Shown: positions 53,329 to 62,426 of the stretch, in pieces
Layout: every line of letters starts with the position of its first letter
Position numbering within the stretch: position 1 is the first letter of the stretch
NCBI GenBank assembly: GCA_041687695.1
Contig: JAWLBL010000006.1
Span: 1 to 64,000, forward strand
Direction of reading: 5' to 3'
Length of the DNA stretch: 64,000 nucleotides
DNA from: Myxococcota bacterium
GTDB taxonomy: Bacteria > Myxococcota_A > UBA9042 > PHBI01 > JAWLBL01
Translations under genes and position numbers: made by a program
The notes under the pieces: model-generated
Database searches by the model: none
Seen by the model: only the letters and a program-made list of their open reading frames with translations
What the model was told of the DNA's origin: nothing

Positions 53329-55611
53329 ATGAGCAGCCCGTCGTCAGGTCCGGGCAAGTTCGGAGGGGGCTCGGTCGTCCTCAAGGGGCCCGCCTCGCTC
53401 GACGACCGCACCCGCTACGGGCTCGTCGTCATGGAGGTCCAGGCCTTGCTCGGCGGCCGCAGCCAGCGGCTCGCCATCAGCGACTTCAGCCGACGCGGGG
53501 CCTTCCTCGAGAGCCACGAGCCGGCCCCGATCGGCGCCGTCCTGCACCTCGACGCGCCGCTGCTCGGGCAGGAGCGCGTCCAGCTGCGCGCGCGCGTGGT
53601 GCGCACCGTGTCGGCGACCGACGCCTCCATCGCCCGCACGCTGCCGGGCATGGGCGTCCTGTTCTTCGGGCTGACCGCGTCCGCGCAGCGCCTGGTCGAC
53701 TCGGTCCTGGGGCTGTTCGAGCGCCTCGAGGCGGTCGAGCTGCCGGGCCGTCTCGAGGCCCTGGGCATGACCTTCGGCGCCTACCGGCTGGTCGCGCCCG
53801 ACAACGTGCCGCGCAACAACCGCCGCCGCACCGCGCTGGATCTGATGGCCAGCGGGCGCGCCGCCTTCGAGCAGGGCGCCTTCGTCCGCGCCGCCCTCGA
53901 GCTGACCCAGGCCACCTCGCTCGATCCCTCGGATCCCTCCATGCGCGGCTGGGCCGAGCGGGCCTGCCAGCGCGCGGCCGAGGCCAAGGCCAAGCTCGCC
54001 TTCCTGCTGGGGGTGTACGCCGACCAGCGCGGCGACGCCGAAGGCGCGCAACGCTACTACGCCGAGGCCGCCATCCTGGCGCCCGACAACGCCGAGTACC
54101 ACCGCAGGGCGCTGCGCGATCCGCCGACGCCGTCGGCCGAGCCGGCCTTGTCGCTGCTGCCCGAGCCGACCTTCGCCGACCTGTCGTCGCCAGCGGCGAC
54201 CGAGCCCGACCTGCCGTCCGCGTCCGCCCCGGCGGCGCCGCGCGACGCCTTCGACGGCGGCCTCTGGTTCGAGGGGGCCCCGGTCGGCCTGGCCGCCCTG
54301 GGTCCCGACGGCGGCGTCGTGCGCGTCAACCGGGTCTTCGCCGAGGCGCTGGGGTACGCCCCCTTCGAACTCGCGGGGCGCCGCCTCACCGAGCTCGCCG
54401 CGGCCGAGGACGTGGCCGAGGTCCGTCGCGCGATGGTCGCCCTGCGCGAGGGCGACGCGACCCGCTATCAGTGGCGCGCCGCCTACGTGCGCCACGGGGG
54501 CAAGCTGGTCGGGCTGCGCATGAGCGGCTCGCCCCTGTTCGACGCCTCCGGGGCGCGGCTCGGGGTCGTCGTGGCCCTCGACGCGGTCGAGTCGGTCATC
54601 CGCACGCCCGAGGCCGCCGACTACCGGTCCCTGGTCGAGCACACCGGCGAGGCCATCGTCGTCCACAGCCGCGGCGACCTGGTCTATGGCAACGGCGCCG
54701 CCGCGCGCCTGCTGGGGGCGACGTCGACCCAGGATCTGACGGGGCGCCGCTTCGCCGACCTGCTCCACCCCGAGCATCGCCCGCTCGCCGAGACCCGCGA
54801 GCGCGAGCTCGCCCAGCGCGGCCTGGACGGCGAGCCCGTCCAGGTCACCATGCTCGGCCTCGAGGGGCAGGGCATCGACGTCGAGCTGCTGGGGACCGCC
54901 GTGCGGCACGGCGAGCGGCCCGCGGTCGCCGAGGTCATCCGCGACGTCAGCCACCACAAGCACAAGGTCCAGCGCCTGTCGCGCTGGGTCGAGGAGCTCA
55001 GCCGGTCGAACGAAGAGCTGCAGCAGGTCCTGACCGCGCTCGAGGCCCGGCTCGCCGAGGCGGTCGTCGCCGAGCGGGAAGGCGGGCTCGGCCGGGTCGC
55101 GCGCCTGGCCGAAGACCTGGCGACGTACGTCCGCGTCCAGAAGTCGTCGCTGCACGTCGGAACGGTCGACGTCGGCCAGCTGCTCGACGGCGTGCTGCGG
55201 CGCCTGCAGCCCCTGCTGGCCGCCACGGCGACGCGGGTCGTGCGCGGGCCGCTGCCGGCCGTGCGCGCCGACTCGGTGCAGCTCGCCGCGATCCTCGAGC
55301 ACCTGCTCCACAACGCGCTGACCCACGGCGGCACCGATGCGGCCACGGTCGAGGTCCTCGGGCGTCGCTCTGGCGCCTCCTGGACGCTGTCCGTCATCGA
55401 CCACGGCCCGGGCATCCGCCCGCGCGACGCCGATCGCATCTTCCGCCTGTTCGAGCGGGCCGGCCCGACCCCGTCGGGCGCCTCGGGCGCCGGCGCCGGG
55501 CTCGGGCTGGCGATCTGCCGGCGCGCGGTCGAGCGCCACGGCGGCCGGATCTGGGTCGAGGAGACCCCCGGCGGCGGGGCCACGGTCCGCTTCACGCTGA
55601 GCGACGCATAG
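53329..55611 (+). CDS. PilZ-TPR-PAS-PAS-HATPase signalling protein lacking the H-box His
   Basis: RTRY...DFSRRGAF...GMGVLF (PilZ), two PAS domains, LLHNAL, DHGPGI, FER, GLGLAIC. Confidence 0.82.
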   Translation: MSSPSSGPGKFGGGSVVLKGPASLDDRTRYGLVVMEVQALLGGRSQRLAISDFSRRGAFLESHEPAPIGAVLHLDAPLLGQERVQLRARVVRTVSATDASIARTLPGMGVLFFGLTASAQRLVDSVLGLFERLEAVELPGRLEALGMTFGAYRLVAPDNVPRNNRRRTALDLMASGRAAFEQGAFVRAALELTQATSLDPSDPSMRGWAERACQRAAEAKAKLAFLLGVYADQRGDAEGAQRYYAEAAILAPDNAEYHRRALRDPPTPSAEPALSLLPEPTFADLSSPAATEPDLPSASAPAAPRDAFDGGLWFEGAPVGLAALGPDGGVVRVNRVFAEALGYAPFELAGRRLTELAAAEDVAEVRRAMVALREGDATRYQWRAAYVRHGGKLVGLRMSGSPLFDASGARLGVVVALDAVESVIRTPEAADYRSLVEHTGEAIVVHSRGDLVYGNGAAARLLGATSTQDLTGRRFADLLHPEHRPLAETRERELAQRGLDGEPVQVTMLGLEGQGIDVELLGTAVRHGERPAVAEVIRDVSHHKHKVQRLSRWVEELSRSNEELQQVLTALEARLAEAVVAEREGGLGRVARLAEDLATYVRVQKSSLHVGTVDVGQLLDGVLRRLQPLLAATATRVVRGPLPAVRADSVQLAAILEHLLHNALTHGGTDAATVEVLGRRSGASWTLSVIDHGPGIRPRDADRIFRLFERAGPTPSGASGAGAGLGLAICRRAVERHGGRIWVEETPGGGATVRFTLSDA

Positions 55612-55684
55612 GCTCGCGAAACCGCCACGTTGGACTACCCCCGACGACTCGGTGACGCTAGTATGACGCCGCCGTGACCCCGGG

Positions 55685-58375
55685 GTGAATCCAATGCGCT
55701 TGCGTCGATCCGTCCGCCTCCTGCTCGCCGGCTCGCTGATGTTGACCGCCTGCGGCGACGAGCCCAGCTCCAACGCCGACGCCGGCAAGCTCGACGACGT
55801 GGCCGACGCCGTGGACGCCGGGTCGGACGAGGGCGGCGAGGACACCTCGACCGACGCTGCGGACACCCAGGGCGAGCCGGACGCCGACGTCGTCGATCCG
55901 GGCCCCGTGGATCTCGGCGAGCGGCTGGCCGACGGGCAGGTCCGGGCCGGCGTCGTCGACGACGCCAACCACCTGATCGGTGGCATCAAGGCCGACGGCC
56001 AGGTCGGCGACATCAAGCTCTACAACGCCCAGGCCGCCTTCATCATCGAGTCGCCGCGCCGCGCCAGCGGCTATCGCTTCTTCGGGGGCCACCCGGTCGA
56101 CCTGGACATCATCCGACCGGCGGGCGAGGCCGGCGAGGACCGCTTCGGCGAGACCTTCCTGACCTGGAACATGATGATCTTCCAGCCCGAGTCGTTCGAG
56201 GTCGTCAGCGACGGCCGCGACGGCGAGGCCCACGTGCGATTCGTCGGACACACGGCGCCCTACGACTTCGCCGAGAGCTTCCTGCGCGACCTCATCGACC
56301 CGCCTCCGGTGCAGTTCGACATCGTCTACGACTACCGTCTGCGCCCCGACGATCGCGCGCTGCGCCTGACCGTCACCGTGACCAACACGGCCGAGGACGA
56401 GGCCTCGCTCGACTTCCCGCTCCTCTTCTCCAACCACGGCGACGGCGCCCAGCAGTGGACGCCCTTCATCGGCTTCAGCTCCCCCCAGGCCGAGTGGGTG
56501 CCGTACTTCGGCCTGCTGGGCGACGCGGCCAGCTACGCGGTGATGGCCAAGTCCGACGACCTCACGCACCTGTTCAACTACAAGGCCGTCGCGCTCACCC
56601 AGCAAACGACCTGGACCCTGGCGCCCGGCGCGAAGCGGACCTCCGAGTACCTGTTCCTCGTCGGCGGCCCCGGCTCGGCCGATCTGGACGCCGAGCGGCG
56701 CGCCCGCTTCCCGTTCGCGCTGCAGCCCCAGGGGACGCTACAGGGCGTGGTCGATCTCCCCGAGACCGCGGCCGGGCTGACCAAGTGGCTGGTCGCCTGG
56801 CAGGGCCCCGAGCCGGTCGCCATGGTCCCCGTCACCGAGGACGGCGCCTTCTCGCTGCCGCTCGAGATCGGCGAGTACCAGCTCGAGGTCTTCGTCCACC
56901 GGCACGCCTCCAGCGGCCTCGTCGACGTCGAGGTGCTCGAGGGCCAGGAAACGACCGCCCTGCCGACCGTCCCGGCCGCCGGTCGCGTGGTCGTGAACGT
57001 GACCGACGGCGACGGGGCCCCGCTCGATGGGCGCGTCACCCTGACCCGCAAGGCGGGCACGCCCACCCCCTGGGCCCCCGACGCGGTCCGCACCGACGCG
57101 ATGCTGGCGGGCAACATCAGCGAGATGGCCTACGCCGTGGGCGGCACGCAGACCGTCCTGGTGCCGGCCGGCAGCTACACGGCCGTCGCCAGCCGCGGCT
57201 TCTCCTACGAGCTGGACGCCCAGGACCTCGACATCGGCGCGGGCGAGACCAAGACCCTGGACTTCCAGGTCGTCCGGGCCGTCGACACCACCGGCTGGGT
57301 CTCGGCCGACTTCCACGTCCACGCGCTGCGCAGCCCCGACAGCATCGTCCCCTACGAGGTGCGGCTGCGGCAGGCCATCACCGACGATCTCGACCTGCCC
57401 ATCCTGACCGAGCACGTCATGCTGTCGCACATGAAGCACAGCGCGAACGAGCTGGGCCTCGCGGACAAGCTGGTGACGCTCGACGCGCAGGAGGTCACGA
57501 CCTTCGAGTACGGGCACTTCAACGCCTTCCCGCTCATCTGGGACCCGAACGGCATCAACATGGGCGCCGTCTACGAGCACGGCCAGACGCCGAGCGCGCT
57601 CTTCGCCGCCATCCGCGCGCAGAACCCGGCCGACGAGGTCATCCAGGTCAACCACCCGCGCGGCGTCAGCATCTCGAGCTACTTCGACTACGTCGGGCTC
57701 GACGCCAAGAACGACAAGGTCTCCAACCCCGCCGGCTGGTCGACCGACTGGGAGGCCGTAGAGGTCTTCAACGGCAACTGCCAGCATAGCGGCAACAAGG
57801 TGCTCGACGACTGGATCGGCCTGACCAACGCCGGCTACGGCAAGACCCTGTCCAGCGGCTCCGACACCCACGACGAGCGCACCCCGCCGGGCACGCCGCG
57901 CAACTGGCTGAAGGTCGACTACGCGGCCCTCGAGGCCGACGAGCAGAACCTGGTGCCGGTGGTCCGCGAGCGCCGCATGTTCGTGTCCTGCGGCCCCTTC
58001 GTGCGCTTCGAGGCGACCGACGGCGCCACCGGCGAGAGCGTCGGCCTGGGCGGCCTGGCCAAGGTCGACGACGACGGGGCCATCACCTTCAGCGTGAACG
58101 TCCAGGCGCCGTCGTGGATCACCGTCGACGAGGTGCGCCTGCTGCGCAACGGCGTCGAGATCGACACCGTCGCCATCACCAGCCAGGACGAGGTGGTCCG
58201 CCTGGACACGGTCCTGACCGACACGCCCACCGCCGACGCCTGGTACGCCGTGCAGGTCATCGGCTCCGGCTCGCTCGAGCCCGTCAGCCGCACCGGCCCG
58301 CCGTTCGCCATGACCAACCCCATCGAGGTCGACGTCGACGGCGACGGCGCCTGGACCCCGCCGGGCAAGCAGTAG
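55685..58375 (+). CDS. CehA/McbA-family PHP metallohydrolase lipoprotein
   Basis: Lipobox LTAC; ADFHVH, TEH, GHFNAFP, NHPR, EVFNG, SDTH; start may be ATG 55694. Confidence 0.85.
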   Translation: MNPMRLRRSVRLLLAGSLMLTACGDEPSSNADAGKLDDVADAVDAGSDEGGEDTSTDAADTQGEPDADVVDPGPVDLGERLADGQVRAGVVDDANHLIGGIKADGQVGDIKLYNAQAAFIIESPRRASGYRFFGGHPVDLDIIRPAGEAGEDRFGETFLTWNMMIFQPESFEVVSDGRDGEAHVRFVGHTAPYDFAESFLRDLIDPPPVQFDIVYDYRLRPDDRALRLTVTVTNTAEDEASLDFPLLFSNHGDGAQQWTPFIGFSSPQAEWVPYFGLLGDAASYAVMAKSDDLTHLFNYKAVALTQQTTWTLAPGAKRTSEYLFLVGGPGSADLDAERRARFPFALQPQGTLQGVVDLPETAAGLTKWLVAWQGPEPVAMVPVTEDGAFSLPLEIGEYQLEVFVHRHASSGLVDVEVLEGQETTALPTVPAAGRVVVNVTDGDGAPLDGRVTLTRKAGTPTPWAPDAVRTDAMLAGNISEMAYAVGGTQTVLVPAGSYTAVASRGFSYELDAQDLDIGAGETKTLDFQVVRAVDTTGWVSADFHVHALRSPDSIVPYEVRLRQAITDDLDLPILTEHVMLSHMKHSANELGLADKLVTLDAQEVTTFEYGHFNAFPLIWDPNGINMGAVYEHGQTPSALFAAIRAQNPADEVIQVNHPRGVSISSYFDYVGLDAKNDKVSNPAGWSTDWEAVEVFNGNCQHSGNKVLDDWIGLTNAGYGKTLSSGSDTHDERTPPGTPRNWLKVDYAALEADEQNLVPVVRERRMFVSCGPFVRFEATDGATGESVGLGGLAKVDDDGAITFSVNVQAPSWITVDEVRLLRNGVEIDTVAITSQDEVVRLDTVLTDTPTADAWYAVQVIGSGSLEPVSRTGPPFAMTNPIEVDVDGDGAWTPPGKQ

Positions 58376-58567
58376 CCCCGCCCGGCGACGCTCTCCGTCT
58401 CAGCGCGCGGCGCCCCGTTGCATGGGCGTCGCGCCGCGCATTCTTCGCTGGGCGTCGGTCCGTCGAGGTCGACGAGCGGCACGGCACGAGTCGGCTGACG
58501 CAGGGTGGTGGGCAGTTGATGCCTCCACTGCTACGATGCGAGTCGACTCGACTCGCGGAGGGATGCC

Positions 58568-59101
58568 GTGGCGATGAGGCTCGACGACGCGCTGTCCCAG
58601 CAAGGCGAGACCCTCGCCGAGATCGCTCGGACGGCTCGCATCAAGGATCAGGCGGGGTTCGTGGCCACGTGCGGCAAGCTGTTGACCGCATTGGCCTCCG
58701 GCGTCCCCTGGGTCGGCAAGCTGACGGAGGAAGCCCTGCGCGAGGCCTTCTCCCTTTCGGCTTACGGGCGCATGGCGGCCGAGATCGGGAAGCTCGAGGC
58801 CGAAGAGGCGAGCGGACTCCAGGCGCAGCGCATCGCTGAGCTGGTCGCTCAGCTCTTGATCCATTCGCTCGTCGGCGTCGGCGAAGCTCCTGCCGAAGGC
58901 GCCGTCCCGTTGGATCCCCGCTTCGCCGACTTTGGGCGTCAGGTGGGTGAACTGGTCGCTCGACGCGCCAGGATCGAGGTCCGTCAGGGGACGGTAGCCG
59001 ATGGTGCGACCGGCGTTCGCGTCAGTTCGACCACCGACAAGGATATCCGTGTCGACCAAGACCACGTAGTCGGCAAAGGTACCGTGGGTGTCGACCTCTG
59101 A
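58568..59101 (+). CDS. Small helical protein with two C-terminal beta pseudo-repeats; candidate amyloid-controlled effector
   Basis: RBS GGAGGG at 58557-58562; helical N-domain; ends IEVRQGTVADGATGVRV...IRVDQDHVVGKGTVGVDL; overlaps the next gene. Confidence 0.78.
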   Translation: MAMRLDDALSQQGETLAEIARTARIKDQAGFVATCGKLLTALASGVPWVGKLTEEALREAFSLSAYGRMAAEIGKLEAEEASGLQAQRIAELVAQLLIHSLVGVGEAPAEGAVPLDPRFADFGRQVGELVARRARIEVRQGTVADGATGVRVSSTTDKDIRVDQDHVVGKGTVGVDL

Positions 59102-62100
59102 CGACACGCGCCCTCGGGTGGCGGTCAATCAGAACGCCATCAGCCACGGCGCCATCGGCGTCAACGTGGCGCATGCTGACCAGGTCATAACCAACAATAC
59201 TACTGTCATCGGTGACCCTGCATCGCTCGGCCTCGACGACCTCCAAATCGTCGAACACGACGAGTACGTCGCCCAACTGCAGGCCTTCCAGCGCTTCCTC
59301 ACCCAAGCGAACCTGCCCTTCGTTCCGCCTGCCGAGGGCTCGCCCACGCACCCGATGGCGCTCTGGGCGCGGCTCCAGGAGACGGAACGACCGGGGATCC
59401 TGCTCGTCGGCTCCGGCGGCGTCGGCAAGACCCGCACCGCCTTCGAGGTGGCCTGCCTCGCCGCGGCCGATGGCTGGCGTGTCATCCACTTGTTACCGGC
59501 CGACCGACCGCTGTCCCTCGAGCGGCTGAGGGCCCGAGTGTGTGCCGACCCGAGGCCAACCCTCCTGGTCTTCGACTACCTGGACCAAATGCCCGACCTG
59601 GACTTCCGCGCCCTACGCCTTCTCCGGGGCGCCTTGGTGATCGCAAGGGCGCCCATTGCACTGCTTGGAAACAGCCGCCCAGGCTGGGTACGCACGGCGC
59701 ACGCCGAGCGGGATACCCTGTTCGAGATCACCCCGCTGACGCCCGAAGAAGATCAGCGAAGTCGCATCCTCGCCGCCATGCTCGAGGTAGCCGCACCCAA
59801 CGCGAGCTACCTGATGGGCGAGCCGCGGCTCCGCGAACTCTGCGGCGACCGGCCCATCATAGCCCTGCTCATCGCGCTGGAGCTCGAGCGGCGTGCCCTC
59901 GCCGGCCGCCTCGGCGAGGACATCGTCCAAGGGATCCGAAGCGGCGATCTGCTCGGCTGGCTACGCCGACGGCTCGAGGGTGACAAGGTGCGCACGTCCG
60001 TGTCATCGAGCCCTTGGGAGCCTCCGATTACGCCTCCGGAAGTGCTCGCTGTGGCCTCGGTTCTGGCGTGCGCTCCGCAAGGCTTCGAGGCCTTGACCGA
60101 CGCTGCGGAGGCCGCCCTGGTCGCCGGGGGAGGGGAAGGCGAGCGTGCGGGTTTCATCGTGGCGAGCCTAGTTCAACTAGGCTGGCTCGAGTCGGAAGGC
60201 GTGAGCTTACGGACCGCCCACGATGTGGTCGCCGACGAGGTGCTGGAGCAAGTGCTAGCACCACAACACCCGGTTCCCGCGAGCGCCTGGTCTACGGTGT
60301 TCGCGCCCTGGACGCGGCGCTCTCGACACATCAGCCGTCTCGCGACCTCGCTCACACGCATGATGGTCAGCAAGCCGGACGCGCATGGCTGGGTCGCCGA
60401 ACGCATCACCGCAGGCCTCAACAGCTGGTGGCCGCGCGGGAGTGAAGCAGCCGGGAAGGTTCTGGCAGAGGGGGCAGCCGTTGAGGGTGCCTATGCGCTC
60501 GGCACCCTGTTGTGGTCGCCGATGTGGCAAGAGCACGTGCTGGCGTCGTGGACGCAGGTCGTCACGCCCTGGTTGACGCGATGGTCGAGCGCCGAGGCTG
60601 CCCGCCACGTCTTCTACACAGGCCTTCGTATCATTCCTGTCGGTCAGGCTGGTGAGCTCACCGCTCAGGCGCTCGCGTGGCTGGGTCATCATGCGACAGC
60701 GTCGGTCGCCAGCTTCGTCATTTCGGCGCTCCTCGGTCGCGACGACCTTTCAGGCGCGGCTGCGTCGACCGTAACCGGCGCCGCGGTGGCCTGGTTCTCG
60801 GCGCATGGGCACAAGTCGGAGGCCGCATACGTCCTCCATCCACTTCTTCACCGAACCGACCTCGACACCGCACACGCCAATGCCACGATAGAGGTCGCGT
60901 TGTCCTGGCTCTCCCAGAATGGCGAGGAGCCCCAGGCCCAACCCGTTCACGGGCGGCTCCTGCTACGATCCGATCTCGGCGCCGCCCAGGCCAGGGCGGC
61001 GGTTCAGGTCGCCCTGGCCTGGCTTTCGGTGCACGATCAGAAACCGGAAGCAGGATTCGTGCTCGGACCATTGCTCAGGCGGCGCGAACTCCAGCGAGAT
61101 CAGCTTGGTTGCGTGGTGGGAGCCGCTCTTGAATGGATCAAGCGGCACCACTTCGGTTCCGCTAGCTGTTCACCATCCGAGCAGCGGCCCGAACGAGCCG
61201 GACTGGATCGATCAGAAGACCCTGGCGATCCGACCTTCGTGCTCAAGGGGCTCCTTTCGCGCGACGATCTCGACGGAAAGACCGCGGAGTCGGTCGTCGC
61301 GACGGCCGTCGCCTGGCTCGAAGTTCACGCCGAGGAGGTCGATAGTCAATACGTACTGACGTCGCTCCTCGACCGGCGCTATGTCGGACGACATCACGCA
61401 ACGATCGTGTCCTGCGCGACGAGGTGGGTCGCGCAGCACGCGGAGAACCCGGGTGCGGACTTCGTCATCAGGCGCCTGCTGCGCCAGGGCAGCGTCGAGC
61501 CGGTGGTTCTTGAGGGGGCTCTGCGCTGGGCGCGGCTGAACGCTTCGAATCCCGATGCGGATTGGGTCCTTAGTCGATTGCTCCTTCGGGACGAGATCCA
61601 TCACGACGCGTGGAACGAGGTCGCTTCGTTAGCGCTGAAGTGGCTGAGCGAAGATCGCGGAGCGACCGCATTCATGGTCCTGGGGGCGATCGGCACCCGA
61701 TGGGACAACTTGGGAGTGGATGACCGGGCCGAGTGGGCAGCGGCCGTTCGCCGTCTGCCCCGTGACAACCAAAGGACATTGCAGGATGTGGCTCGCGAGT
61801 TGGCTCGCGTTGCCGTCGCCCTTGACCGCGGTGAGGACGCGACGTTCAAGACCCTTCGCCGGCTCGTCTCGGACGTGGAGCGAGCGCTCGATACCGGGTG
61901 CCCTCCAACGCCAGGGGATCTCCGGCATATGCTCCGCCTTGCGATCCAGCGGGCGCTTACGTCGCCCCGTGACGCGCGGTTCGCGATCCCTGCGCTGGTC
62001 GCGGGCACCGCTGACGATGACACTGGCCTGGCCGGCTACGTGGATCGATTCGTGCGTCTGTTGCTGGAGGATCATCGGCTCTCGGCAGCTCACCACTACG

Positions 62101-62207
62101 CCATCGGCCTTGCATGTGAACAGCGGTTGAACCAGGGCCGCTGGCCTTCCGTAGAGTTGGTCGAGCAGCGATACAGGGCGCTGGGGCTCATCGGCGACGA
62201 GGACTGA
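59088..62207 (+). CDS. STAND/NLR-like P-loop NTPase with N-terminal candidate amyloid motif and about ten 38-aa helical repeats
   Basis: Walker A GSGGVGKTR, Walker B LLVFDYLD, CGDRP (GxP-like), HDVVAD (MHD-like), W-anchored repeats. Confidence 0.85.
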   Translation: MSTSDDTRPRVAVNQNAISHGAIGVNVAHADQVITNNTTVIGDPASLGLDDLQIVEHDEYVAQLQAFQRFLTQANLPFVPPAEGSPTHPMALWARLQETERPGILLVGSGGVGKTRTAFEVACLAAADGWRVIHLLPADRPLSLERLRARVCADPRPTLLVFDYLDQMPDLDFRALRLLRGALVIARAPIALLGNSRPGWVRTAHAERDTLFEITPLTPEEDQRSRILAAMLEVAAPNASYLMGEPRLRELCGDRPIIALLIALELERRALAGRLGEDIVQGIRSGDLLGWLRRRLEGDKVRTSVSSSPWEPPITPPEVLAVASVLACAPQGFEALTDAAEAALVAGGGEGERAGFIVASLVQLGWLESEGVSLRTAHDVVADEVLEQVLAPQHPVPASAWSTVFAPWTRRSRHISRLATSLTRMMVSKPDAHGWVAERITAGLNSWWPRGSEAAGKVLAEGAAVEGAYALGTLLWSPMWQEHVLASWTQVVTPWLTRWSSAEAARHVFYTGLRIIPVGQAGELTAQALAWLGHHATASVASFVISALLGRDDLSGAAASTVTGAAVAWFSAHGHKSEAAYVLHPLLHRTDLDTAHANATIEVALSWLSQNGEEPQAQPVHGRLLLRSDLGAAQARAAVQVALAWLSVHDQKPEAGFVLGPLLRRRELQRDQLGCVVGAALEWIKRHHFGSASCSPSEQRPERAGLDRSEDPGDPTFVLKGLLSRDDLDGKTAESVVATAVAWLEVHAEEVDSQYVLTSLLDRRYVGRHHATIVSCATRWVAQHAENPGADFVIRRLLRQGSVEPVVLEGALRWARLNASNPDADWVLSRLLLRDEIHHDAWNEVASLALKWLSEDRGATAFMVLGAIGTRWDNLGVDDRAEWAAAVRRLPRDNQRTLQDVARELARVAVALDRGEDATFKTLRRLVSDVERALDTGCPPTPGDLRHMLRLAIQRALTSPRDARFAIPALVAGTADDDTGLAGYVDRFVRLLLEDHRLSAAHHYAIGLACEQRLNQGRWPSVELVEQRYRALGLIGDED

Positions 62208-62426
62208 GTCTCCCGATGGTCTCACGAGCGACTTCGACTACGCGCCGCTGGTCAGCTTGGTTTCGTGTCGCAGGAGCACGTCCGGTGACGCCCGGGAGCG
62301 GTCGCAAAGAGTGCGGCCCTAGGTCGTAGCCACGCGAAGCTCGCCGCACTCGCAGGACCATCCGGCAGGGCGGCGTTGGCCCCGCGTCACCTCGAGAAGC
62401 GTCGTATCGGGCCGATGGGCGTGTTC

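Noticed and set aside
58376..58567. tRNA or att site at the island boundary
   Set aside because: No tRNA-like sequence or direct repeat was found by eye.
58400..59128. 242-aa minus-strand ORF as the real gene
   Set aside because: The plus-strand ORF has an RBS, overlaps the NLR gene and shares a motif with it; the minus frame shows no features.
62208..62426. Bidirectional intrinsic terminator or small gene between the convergent genes
   Set aside because: No strong hairpin with a U-tract and no credible ORF.
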